A stretch of 64,000 nt of DNA from an uncultured Anaerolineaceae bacterium (GCA_964652205.1 CAZZAO010000003.1:15196-79195), one strand, 5' to 3'. Counted from the stretch's first letter, positions 36,653-45,164 are shown. Numbers and translations are program-made. Notes: generated by a model not told the origin, from the letters alone.

Positions 36653-37498
36653 ATGTTGCCAGCAAGTTTCAACTACGTCGCGCCGAGCAGCGTTCTGGCT
36701 GCCGTCGAGGCATTGAGTACGACACCGGGCGCGCGTTTCGCCGCCGGAAGCGTTCATCTGCTGATCGACCTGAAAATGCGCCGGGTCAACCTGAGCACGC
36801 TGGTCGATCTACGCAAAATCCCTGAACTCTACGGCGTCATGACCGAGGGCGAAGGGCTGAAGATCGGCGCGATGACGTCGCTGCGCGCCGTGATGGACGA
36901 CAGGGCGATCCAGTCGCGTTACGGCGCGCTGGCCGAGGCCGCTGCCCGGAGCGGCGACGCGCAGATGCGCAATATGGAAGCCATCGGCGGGGCGCTGGCC
37001 TATGCGTCGCCAGCGAGCGCCATCGCGGCGGCAGTGCTGGCGCTCGACGCCACGATCTGCGCCACCGGAATACAGGGCGCGCGCCGCATCCCTGCCGCGA
37101 CGTTTTTTACCGGCGACAGAACGACTGCGCTGGCGCCTGACGAGATCATCACGGCGCTGTCGCTGCCGAAGCCGTTCACGGGCAGCGTTTACGAACAGCT
37201 TCGCCACCCTGCGCATCTGGGCGCGATCTGCGGCGTGGCTGCCGCTGTGCCAAAGGCGGCTGACGGCAGCCTCGAGCGGACACGCATCGGCGTGACCGGC
37301 GCGACCGACCATGCCTTCCGGCTCACAGCCGTCGAGGATGCGCTGACCGGAAGCACGCTCGACGCGAGCAGCATCGCTTCAGCGGCGTCACGCGCGGCGG
37401 AAACCCGCGACTACCGCTCCGACTTACAATTCTCCGCCGACTACCGCGCGCATCTCGTCACGGTGCTGACGAAACGGGCGTTGTCGCGGCTCACCTAA
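36653..37498 (+). CDS. Mo-hydroxylase medium FAD-binding subunit (CoxM/XdhB-type)
   Basis: 281 aa. FNYVAPSSVLAAVEAL..., AGSVHLLIDLKMR (a variant of AGGxSL), RNMEAIGGALAYASPASAIAAAVLALDA, and a C-terminal CO_deh_flav_C-like region. Confidence 0.9.
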   Translation: MLPASFNYVAPSSVLAAVEALSTTPGARFAAGSVHLLIDLKMRRVNLSTLVDLRKIPELYGVMTEGEGLKIGAMTSLRAVMDDRAIQSRYGALAEAAARSGDAQMRNMEAIGGALAYASPASAIAAAVLALDATICATGIQGARRIPAATFFTGDRTTALAPDEIITALSLPKPFTGSVYEQLRHPAHLGAICGVAAAVPKAADGSLERTRIGVTGATDHAFRLTAVEDALTGSTLDASSIASAASRAAETRDYRSDLQFSADYRAHLVTVLTKRALSRLT

Positions 37499-37517
37499 CG
37501 ACTCGCCTGCCAGCCCG

Positions 37518-37554
37518 GTTGAGGCAGAGAACAGGTCACACGCCCTGCCTCAAC
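37518..37554 (+). other. GC-rich stem-loop downstream of the Mo-hydroxylase operon (possible terminator lacking a T-tract)
   Basis: GTTGAGGCAG-N17-CTGCCTCAAC, 20 nt after the stop codon. Confidence 0.3.
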
Positions 37555-37704
37555 GGGCTTCGCAGGAGAGGGCGAAGCGGCTGCGCGTCGAACAGACGCG
37601 CTTCGTCTTCGCTTATAGTCAGCCTACATCCCTGTCAAGCCCCCTGCTGGCACTCAATTTCCAGCCTAACGCGCTCTGGGCGGTTAGCTGGCTTATCTGA
37701 TTCA

Positions 37705-37859
37705 TCAGGGCAAACGCATCAAATTTGATCGGAGTTTCAAGAAAGCTGATATCGGCTTATCCAGGGTCAACGATAACGTAGGGGCGACCCGCCGGGTCGC
37801 CCCTACACACCCTCATGACCTTTTATAGCCTGAACTGTGATTTAGACGCGATTGCCCTG
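37705..37859 (+). mobile_element. MITE-like non-autonomous element, copy 1 (about 155 bp, terminal inverted repeats, central perfect palindrome, 9-bp TSD)
   Basis: Ends are TCAGGGCAAACGCATCAAAT... and ...ATTTAGACGCGATTGCCCTG (inverted). Central palindrome GGGGCGACCCGCCGGGTCGCCCC. Flanked by a perfect direct repeat TCTGATTCA at 37696..37704 and 37860..37868. Confidence 0.75.
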
Positions 37860-37972
37860 TCTGATTCACGGAGTCAGCCGCATCGTCGCGGATGGCGGTG
37901 GTGTTCGGTCGGACAGGCAGTTATCATCGGGAGAGGATTATGCGCCGCGCCGGTTTTTGAAGGTTCAACTCT

Positions 37973-39277
37973 GTGACACCTGAGCCACACAGCCCATCAG
38001 GACCTGCGCTGGAAAAAATTTACCGGCGCAATTTCTTCATTTTTCTGATCGACAACGTGCTGTTCAGTCTGGCGATGAATATCCTCGGCCCGACGACGCT
38101 GGTTCCTGACTTCATTCGCCACCTGACGCGCTCGGAAATTCTGATCGGCCTGTCGTCGAGCATGTTCGATTTCGGCTGGCCGCTGCCGCAGTTGTTCGTC
38201 GCGCGCTATATCGTCCGCTCGGAGCGCAAGAAGTGGTGGTTTATCGGGCCGAATATCCCGATTCGCTTCGTCATGCTGACGTTCGCCATCGTGACGATTC
38301 TGCTCGGCAAAGAGCAGCCGGGGCTGATCCTCGCGGCCTTCCTGCTGAGCTACGGGATCGCGTCGGTCGGTGATGGCATCGTTGGCGTGCCGTGGTCTGA
38401 CCTGATCGGGACGAGCCTCGACGGTCGCTGGCGCGCGCGGATGTTCGGCTTTACGTCGGCGGTGACGGGCGTCATTATGCTCGGCCTCGCGCCGCTGATC
38501 GGCCTCGTCTTGAGCGATCCACGGCTGATCTTCCCCAACAATTACGCCGCCGTCTATCTGGCCGCCGGGGTGCTGTTCGTCATCTCGATTTTTCCGGGGA
38601 TGCTGATCCACGAGCTTCCCGGCGGCAAGGTTGTCGAGCAGGTCGCGCCGCTGCGCGAATTTCTGCCGACGCTCGGTCGCGTGCTGCACCGCGATTCGGC
38701 CTTCCGCGCCATCCTCATCACGCGCATGATCGCCAGCCTGTTTGCGATGGCCGGGCCGTTCTACATCGGCTTCGCCACCGTGCAGTTGGGCCTCTCCAGC
38801 ACGGTCGCCGTGCCGACGCTGCTGGCGATGCAGACCATCGGCAGCGTGCTCGGCGCGCTGCTCTACACCTGGCTCGGCGCGAAGAATAACCTGCTCTACA
38901 TTCGGCTGGCGCTGGTCGGCGCGGCCTTCCTGCCGATCAGCGCGCTGCTCGCCGCGCGCGTCGGGCCGGGGCCGCTCTATCTGGGCTTTCTGGCGTCGGG
39001 GCTGACGCTGGCGAACCTGTTCGCCAGCTTTCAGAACTGGGTCATCAGCTACGCGCGCCATGACCAGCGCCCGATTTACACCGGCCTGTTCAACACGGTT
39101 TCCGCCGGGGTTGGGCTGATCGCGCCGTTCATCGCCGGAACTATCGCGCAGCAGGTCGGCTATGAAGCGCTGTTCGTCGTCGCGCTGGTGATGGCGCTGG
39201 CCGCGCTGTTCGTCACGCTGCGCTTCATCCGTCCGCCGAACGCGGAGATCGTGGCCGAAATCGTCGCCGCCGACTGA
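37973..39277 (+). CDS. MFS transporter
   Basis: 434 aa with about 12 predicted TM helices. GTG start with GAAGG upstream. The antisense 354-aa ORF is rejected. Confidence 0.85.
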   Translation: MTPEPHSPSGPALEKIYRRNFFIFLIDNVLFSLAMNILGPTTLVPDFIRHLTRSEILIGLSSSMFDFGWPLPQLFVARYIVRSERKKWWFIGPNIPIRFVMLTFAIVTILLGKEQPGLILAAFLLSYGIASVGDGIVGVPWSDLIGTSLDGRWRARMFGFTSAVTGVIMLGLAPLIGLVLSDPRLIFPNNYAAVYLAAGVLFVISIFPGMLIHELPGGKVVEQVAPLREFLPTLGRVLHRDSAFRAILITRMIASLFAMAGPFYIGFATVQLGLSSTVAVPTLLAMQTIGSVLGALLYTWLGAKNNLLYIRLALVGAAFLPISALLAARVGPGPLYLGFLASGLTLANLFASFQNWVISYARHDQRPIYTGLFNTVSAGVGLIAPFIAGTIAQQVGYEALFVVALVMALAALFVTLRFIRPPNAEIVAEIVAAD

Positions 39278-39326
39278 GGCGCAGGCAACCTGCGGGCGCG
39301 TGATGGAACACGGGCCAGCGGAAGGA

Positions 39327-39479
39327 TCAGGGCAAACGCATCAAATTTGATCGGAGTTTCAAGAAAGCTCATATCGGCTTATCCAGGGTCAACGGTAACG
39401 TAGGGCGACCCGGCGGGTCGCCCTACACACCCTCATGACCTTTTATAGCCTGAGCTGCGATTTTGATGCAATTGCCCTG
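39327..39479 (+). mobile_element. MITE-like element, copy 2 (same orientation as copy 1)
   Basis: About 90 percent identical by eye to 37705..37859, with the same ends and the central palindrome GGGCGACCCGGCGGGTCGCCC. Flanked by GCGGAAGGA (39318..39326) and GCAGAAGGA (39480..39488), an 8/9 TSD. Confidence 0.75.
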
Positions 39480-39666
39480 GCAGAAGGATCGCCTTCCGCG
39501 CGGACTGGCGCAAAATACGATATTATTAAAGACCCTGTCCAGCCTGATTTATGAGAGGATATTTCACCGAATCCAAAAATAGCGTGATATTGCGTTTGAT
39601 GTGCCGCCCCTGTATCCTTTTCAGGCACGCTCACGGGCGGCTAGATTACACAGGAGAGAAAACACC

Positions 39667-41328
39667 TTGAGGAAACTGGCACTATTTTTAATGCTCGTCA
39701 TGACCGTCGGCGCGGTCGCTGTTCACGCTCAGGACAGCACGCCAGCGGTGAATACGTCCCCGGCGATTACGGCTTACACCTGCCCGCAGCAGGGTGGCAC
39801 GCTGATTACGGCCATTGCCGATAACCCGGTCAGTCTGAACGGCATCTATGCCAACGACGGCATCTCCGGCTCGGTGCTGTCGTTCCTGTTCAACCCGCTG
39901 ACGCTCGGCGGCGAGAACTGGGGGACCAACATCACCGGCGATCTGGCCGAATCGTGGTCAACCAGCGAAGACGGGCTGACCTGGACGTTCAACCTGCGTC
40001 ACGACGTCAAATTCAGCGATGGCAGCGACCTGACGTCGGCGGATGTCCTCTATACGTTCAATACCATCGAGACGTCAGCGGAAGACATCGCGCCGTTCCG
40101 CCCGCGCTTCTATCAGGGCGATACCGCGATCAAGTTCGACGCGCCGGACGACTATACTGTTGTCGCGCATCTGACGACGCCGAACGCCTCGTTCTTCACC
40201 GACATCAGCGTGCCGATCATCCCGGACAAGTCGCTCGATGGTCAGGATTTACGCACCGGGCCATTTAATCGCGCGCCCGTCGGCACCGGGCCATTCAAGG
40301 TCGCAGAATGGAAATCCGGCGAGAGCGTCACGCTCGACGCCAACGAATATTACTTCAAGGGCCGCCCGTGCCTCGACCACATCATCTTCAAGATCATCGC
40401 CGACCCGCAGGCGCAGGTGACGGCGCTTCAGGCCGGTGACATCGACTATCTGAATAACCTGCCCGGCGCGTCGGTGGCGCAGTTCCAGAGCGATTCAAAC
40501 TTTAACGTCACGATTGCCGACTACGACAGCAACTTCGGCATCTTTTTCAACAATTCCCGCGAGCAGTTCAAGGATGTCAACGTCCGCAAGGCGCTGATGA
40601 TCGCTCTCGACCGCAAGGCGCTGGTCGATACCGTCCGTCAGGGCTTCGGCGCGGTGCAGAACTCGCACTTTGACAGCGTCGTGCCGTTCTACCAGCAGGA
40701 TAAGCTCGGCGGTTACGACTACGACCCGGCGCGCGCGGGCAAGCTGCTCGACGACGCGGGGATCAAGGACACCGACGGCGACGGCATCCGCGATCAGGAT
40801 GGCAAGCCGTGGGTGATCCACCTGCTGACATTCCAGCAGGGCTTCCGCGACTATTACAGCTTTGCGACCGTCGTCCAGGCGTACTGGAAAGACATCGGTA
40901 TCGACGTCGAGCTGGAGACACGCGACCTGAACACGATGGTCACGCAGCTCTATCAGGCCCGCATCGAGGATAAGCCGTTCGATGTGGTCACGTCGGGCTG
41001 GTCGCAGATCGGCCCGGAGCCGAACAGCTACGCCAACTTCTACATCACGACGCCGGAACTCGGCCCCAATCTGGAGAACTACAACAACCCGCAGGTCAAC
41101 GACCTGTTCGCGCAGGCGCAGAAATTGAGCGACAGCGCGCAGCGGATGGCGATCTACGAGCAGATCGAGCAGATTCTGTGGGATGACCTGCCGACGCTGC
41201 CGCTCTACCGCAACCAGAATCCGTTCGTCATCAGCAAGAACTTCAGCATTGACGACGCCAAACTCGACCTGTCCATCGGGTCGGGCTTCGACTACCCGGA
41301 GCGCATCTCGATGGCAGCGACGAGCTAA
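39667..41328 (+). CDS. ABC transporter substrate-binding protein, family 5 (peptide/nickel, DppA/OppA-like)
   Basis: Start taken at TTG 39667 (LRKLALFLMLVMTVGAVAVHA signal peptide), with AGGAGA 9 nt upstream. The track start is 39601. Family-5 SBP features run throughout (for example GTGPFKVAEWKSGESVTLDANEYYF). Confidence 0.85.
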   Translation: MRKLALFLMLVMTVGAVAVHAQDSTPAVNTSPAITAYTCPQQGGTLITAIADNPVSLNGIYANDGISGSVLSFLFNPLTLGGENWGTNITGDLAESWSTSEDGLTWTFNLRHDVKFSDGSDLTSADVLYTFNTIETSAEDIAPFRPRFYQGDTAIKFDAPDDYTVVAHLTTPNASFFTDISVPIIPDKSLDGQDLRTGPFNRAPVGTGPFKVAEWKSGESVTLDANEYYFKGRPCLDHIIFKIIADPQAQVTALQAGDIDYLNNLPGASVAQFQSDSNFNVTIADYDSNFGIFFNNSREQFKDVNVRKALMIALDRKALVDTVRQGFGAVQNSHFDSVVPFYQQDKLGGYDYDPARAGKLLDDAGIKDTDGDGIRDQDGKPWVIHLLTFQQGFRDYYSFATVVQAYWKDIGIDVELETRDLNTMVTQLYQARIEDKPFDVVTSGWSQIGPEPNSYANFYITTPELGPNLENYNNPQVNDLFAQAQKLSDSAQRMAIYEQIEQILWDDLPTLPLYRNQNPFVISKNFSIDDAKLDLSIGSGFDYPERISMAATS

Positions 41329-41388
41329 GGTCGCCCTCACCCCGGCCCCGCTCCCGATAGGAGAGGGGCGCAAGCGATGTTGACCATC

Positions 41389-41419
41389 GCCCTGCTCCCT
41401 GATCGACAGGGAGCAGGGC
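41389..41419 (+). other. Perfect 13-bp-stem hairpin between the SBP and permease genes (intercistronic stabiliser or attenuator-type structure)
   Basis: GCCCTGCTCCCTG-ATCGA-CAGGGAGCAGGGC, read directly. No T-tract. Confidence 0.45.
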
Positions 41420-41526
41420 CATTCTGTCGCTGATAATTCAGACGGCTCATGGCTCACCGGGGGGCCGAAAGCCTTCTGGCCGAAGTCACCACAAACACAA
41501 CCTACCCACCCCAGAACTGTTATCGA

Positions 41527-42498
41527 ATGTCCGCCTACCTGCTTCGCCGTCTGCTGCAAACCATCCCGCTGCTGATCGGGATATCGCTGTTTTCGTTCCT
41601 GATTATCAAGGCCGCGCCGGGCGACCCGCTGGCCGTCTATATTGACCCGAATCGACCGCCGCCAACGGCTGAACAACTGGCGCATCTGCGCGAGCAGCTC
41701 GGCCTCGATCAGCCGGTGCTGGTGCAGTACGCGCGCTGGCTCGGCAGCGCCTTACAGGGCGATCTGGGCTTCTCGTTCACGGCGCGGCGGGCGGTGACGC
41801 TGGAAATCGGCGACCGGCTCGGCGCAACCGTGCTGCTCGGCCTTAGCTCGCTGCTGCTGGCGCTGATCCTGTCGGTTCCAGTGGCGCTGTTCTCGGCGCT
41901 CAAACGCTACACGCCCGGCGATTACATCATTACGATGCTGTCGTTTATCGGCCTCAGTATGCCCGCGTTTTTTCTGGCGCTGGTGCTGATGCAGGTCTTC
42001 AGCGTTCAGCTTCACTGGCTGCCAGCCACCGGCCTGCGTAACGCCCGCCACAACTATCAGGGCTGGCAGCTCGCGCTCGACATCGGCCAGCACCTGATTC
42101 TACCGACGATTGCTCTGGCAACGGCCTCGCTGGCCCGCTGGGTACGTTACCAGCGTTCCAGCCTGCTCGACGTCCTCTCGCAGGATTATATCCGCACGGC
42201 GCGCGCCAAAGGCCTCAGTGAAGGCCGCGTGCTGCGCGTCCACGCGCTTCGCAACGCGCTGCTGCCGCTGGTGACGCTGATTGGCCTGTCGATTCCGCAG
42301 ATCGTCTCCGGCTCTTTCGTGATCGAGTTCGTTTTCGGCTGGCCGGGCCTCGGTTTTCTGGCGGTCAACGCGGCGCTCAGGCGCGATTTCCCGATCATTA
42401 TGGGCGTGACGATGTTGAGCGCGCTGTTCATCGTCATCGGCAACTTTCTGGCAGACATCGCCTACTACTGGGTCGATCCCCGGATTCGTTATGACTGA
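41527..42498 (+). CDS. ABC transporter permease (DppB/OppB-type)
   Basis: Start taken at ATG 41527 (MSAYLLRRLLQTIPLLIGISLFSF, the canonical N-terminus). EAA-like loop YIRTARAKGLSEGRVLRVHALRNALLP. Confidence 0.9.
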   Translation: MSAYLLRRLLQTIPLLIGISLFSFLIIKAAPGDPLAVYIDPNRPPPTAEQLAHLREQLGLDQPVLVQYARWLGSALQGDLGFSFTARRAVTLEIGDRLGATVLLGLSSLLLALILSVPVALFSALKRYTPGDYIITMLSFIGLSMPAFFLALVLMQVFSVQLHWLPATGLRNARHNYQGWQLALDIGQHLILPTIALATASLARWVRYQRSSLLDVLSQDYIRTARAKGLSEGRVLRVHALRNALLPLVTLIGLSIPQIVSGSFVIEFVFGWPGLGFLAVNAALRRDFPIIMGVTMLSALFIVIGNFLADIAYYWVDPRIRYD

Positions 42499-43384
42499 CG
42501 CCGTTCACCTGAACACGCGCCCGCAGCAGAGCCTGTGGTGGATGACGCTGTGCCAGTTTCAGCGCCATAAGCTGGCCGTCGCCAGCCTGATTGTGCTGAT
42601 TATCTTCGGCCTGCTGTCGATCTTCGCCAGCGTCATTTCGCCCTACAACCCGAACGACATCGACCCGCGCGCCGCCGGGGTTACGCGCGGCTTTCCGCAG
42701 CCCCCGACCGCCGAGCATCTCCTCGGCACGGACAGCTTCAACCGCGACCTGCTGGCCCGCGCGCTGTACGGGATGCGTGTCTCGCTGGCGGTCGGCGTGT
42801 TCGCCATGCTCATCAGCCTGCTTGCCGGGGTCACGGTCGGCGCGCTGGCGGGCTATGCCGGCGGGCTGCTCGACAACGTGCTGATGCGGCTGGTGGATAT
42901 TTTCCTGTCCGTGCCGAGCTTCCTGATCTTCCTGACGCTCAACGCGCTGCTGCCGCCGAGCATCTGGAACGTCGTCTTTATCCTCGGCTTCTTTAGCTGG
43001 ATGGACGTAGCGCGGCTGGTACGGGCGGAATTTCTGGGGCTGAAGGAGCGCGATTTCATTCTGGCGGCGCAGGCGTTGGGCGCGCCGCCGTGGCGGCTGA
43101 TCGTCAGTCATTTGCTGCCGAACGCGGTCGCGCCGGTGCTGGTCGCGGCGACGCTGGCGATTCCGGCGGCGATCCTGAGCGAATCGGCGTTGAGTTTCAT
43201 CGGCCTCGGCGTGCCGCCGCCGGACGCCAGCCTCGGCAATATTTTGCAGGACGCGAAAGCCTGGCTGACGAGCGCCTGGTGGATGTGGCTGACGCCGGGC
43301 CTGCTCATCAGCCTGATCGTGCTGGCGTTCAACTTCGACGGCGACGGCCTGCGCGACGCCCTTGACCCGACGCTGCGACGGTAA
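42491..43384 (+). CDS. ABC transporter permease (DppC/OppC-type)
   Basis: 297 aa. Overlaps the upstream permease gene by 8 nt. Contains ...FILAAQALGAPPWRLIVSHLLPNAVAP... Confidence 0.9.
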   Translation: MTDAVHLNTRPQQSLWWMTLCQFQRHKLAVASLIVLIIFGLLSIFASVISPYNPNDIDPRAAGVTRGFPQPPTAEHLLGTDSFNRDLLARALYGMRVSLAVGVFAMLISLLAGVTVGALAGYAGGLLDNVLMRLVDIFLSVPSFLIFLTLNALLPPSIWNVVFILGFFSWMDVARLVRAEFLGLKERDFILAAQALGAPPWRLIVSHLLPNAVAPVLVAATLAIPAAILSESALSFIGLGVPPPDASLGNILQDAKAWLTSAWWMWLTPGLLISLIVLAFNFDGDGLRDALDPTLRR

Positions 43385-43577
43385 ATACCTTCACCCTGTC
43401 GCGCCCCTGAGCGCGCGGGGCGAACACGCGACACAGGATGGGGACGGACATGATGGATCATGCCCGTCCTGAGCTACAGACCCGTTTAGCCTGCTCCTCA
43501 CAAAGTTGCCCCACGGATGGAACAGGCGGCGCTGTAATCGGGAACTGGCTGCTTTTTGACCTGCTGCCTGACCTTCG

Positions 43578-43907
43578 TCAGTAATGACGCTGCTGCGCGC
43601 GCCGGTCACGAATCTGTCGTTCAGCAGCCTCTAGAGCGCCATTCAAGGCGGCTCTGAACTGCTCACTTTGCTCAGTCGCGGCGATTTGCGCCGCTCCCAT
43701 ATAGACGACGATAGTGACTTCATAGATGTGGGGTGTCACACGAGCCTGCGCCGGCTGCTTGAAGTTAACAACCGCGCCTGAAATATCGGTGTAGCCCTCG
43801 GCCAGCTTGCTGAGTCGGTCGACCGCCAGAGTATAGTACTCGTTTTCACTTTTCTTGATGTCGTCGATTTCATTATTGAATTCGACCGGGAAATTCGCGC
43901 TGTCCAT
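43578..43907 (-). CDS. Short HPF/RaiA (YfiA)-family ribosome-associated protein-like (Ribosomal_S30AE fold), 109 aa
   Basis: Start taken at ATG 43907 (MDSANFPVEF), with AGAGGGGA upstream. The beta-alpha-beta-beta-beta-alpha pattern is present. The C-terminal helix EQSEQFRAALNGALEAAERQIRDRR parallels, from my recollection, E. coli HPF EGQDMYAAIDGLIDKLARQLTKHKDK. There is no long-HPF C-terminal domain. Confidence 0.65.
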   Translation of the reverse strand: MDSANFPVEFNNEIDDIKKSENEYYTLAVDRLSKLAEGYTDISGAVVNFKQPAQARVTPHIYEVTIVVYMGAAQIAATEQSEQFRAALNGALEAAERQIRDRRAQQRHY

Positions 43908-43994
43908 TGTCTGTCCCCTCTTTGAACTGCTTAACGGCACCAGTCCTCGCAGCAACCGGGTTTGGTGTCTGCCTTTTTGGCCGGTGGAACAGGC

Positions 43995-45164
43995 TTAATA
44001 GCGGAGAAGCGCCGCAGCAGGTGAAGTGGCTGGCATTTCCGCCAGTGGCAGCGCATAGACGATTCCGCCGTTTCGGAGAGTCTGCATCGCGGCAAAATCC
44101 AGCAGCGCGAGGTCATCTTCCTGGCTTTGTCCATCCTGATAATGAACAACTTCCCCGCTATCAGGATTGAAGATGCCCCAGACCTGCGTATCGACGGCCA
44201 GAATGAGTTTGTCTACGCGCCCGTAAAAGGCTGCCGCGACAATTTCTTCAATGCGATCCGTGGCGTTTTCCGTGACGGCAAGCTCGTGATATTGCTCGAT
44301 CACCTTTTCCATCGCCTGACGGAAGTAAGGCTCGACGATGGGCCAGGTCTGTTCCTGGAGTTCTTCAGGGCGCAGCAGATCAGGATTGCCTGTGACCCCT
44401 TCCGGCATGATATTCGCGTATTCGCTGACCTGACGGTAAATCGGTAGCAGGTAATCGACACCCGCCAGAACAAGCGGTGCCTGCTCCTCACGAAAGACTT
44501 CTTTCAGCCCGGCATCGACCACATTAAGAAACTGCTCGATCCTGACCTTCTGATCTTCATCGCCCGGCCCCTGTCCATGAAACATGGCCGCCCGTTTGCC
44601 GCCCTGGGCTGTACTCGGCGATGTCCCCGAATGGAATTGCAGGTGTTTTTGCAGATTATCGGACTTGAGAGCTTCGTCCAGACTCCCCGGTACACCCTCT
44701 GGCAAATCAATTTGACCGACGCTGTGCCGGGTTCCTTCAAACAAACGAACTTCATTCTGACTGATTGCCAGAATGTAATAATGTCCGTTGTTGGTGAATA
44801 ACGGTAGAACCGGCTTGACGTAATAGGACTGAGCGATGACGAGCAGTTCTTCAACGCGAAAAGGCAGGTGATAGTAATGGAAGTCATCCTGGGCGATAAA
44901 GACCGCCAGAGCATCACGCTGATGCTGCCAGAAGTACGGCGCATTCAGTAAGGCCTGCGCCGGTTGGAGCAAGGCGCTCACCTGACGAGGCCCCATGCCC
45001 CTGTCCAGCAGACGCAGCTCGGCTTCTCGAAGCAGGTTTTTGAAGCGGATCGGGTCTTGCTGAGTATCCTGACCGGCGCGATGGGTCGGCAGGAAAATCG
45101 AGATACTCGGACTCCCGGTTTGCTGCGCCAATTCCTTGATCTGCTCTAACGTCAAGTTTTCCAT
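43995..45164 (-). CDS. Bacterial eRF1-fold protein (baeRF1 family), paralogue 2
   Basis: 389 aa. RBS GGAGGGAG. N-terminal TLEQIKELAQQTGSPSISIFLPTHRAG..., typical of baeRF families. Central loop AAMFHGQGPGDEDQKVRIEQFLNVVDAGL at the GGQ-loop position, with no GGQ. Domain-3-like C-terminal region (LVLAGVDYLL...). Confidence 0.75.
   Translation of the reverse strand: MENLTLEQIKELAQQTGSPSISIFLPTHRAGQDTQQDPIRFKNLLREAELRLLDRGMGPRQVSALLQPAQALLNAPYFWQHQRDALAVFIAQDDFHYYHLPFRVEELLVIAQSYYVKPVLPLFTNNGHYYILAISQNEVRLFEGTRHSVGQIDLPEGVPGSLDEALKSDNLQKHLQFHSGTSPSTAQGGKRAAMFHGQGPGDEDQKVRIEQFLNVVDAGLKEVFREEQAPLVLAGVDYLLPIYRQVSEYANIMPEGVTGNPDLLRPEELQEQTWPIVEPYFRQAMEKVIEQYHELAVTENATDRIEEIVAAAFYGRVDKLILAVDTQVWGIFNPDSGEVVHYQDGQSQEDDLALLDFAAMQTLRNGGIVYALPLAEMPATSPAAALLRY

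Noticed and set aside
37696-39488. Composite transposon formed by the two MITE copies around the MFS gene
   Set aside because: Each copy has its own matching 9-bp TSD. The outermost flanks (TCTGATTCA on the left, GCAGAAGGA on the right) do not match each other. The two copies therefore inserted independently rather than moving as one unit.
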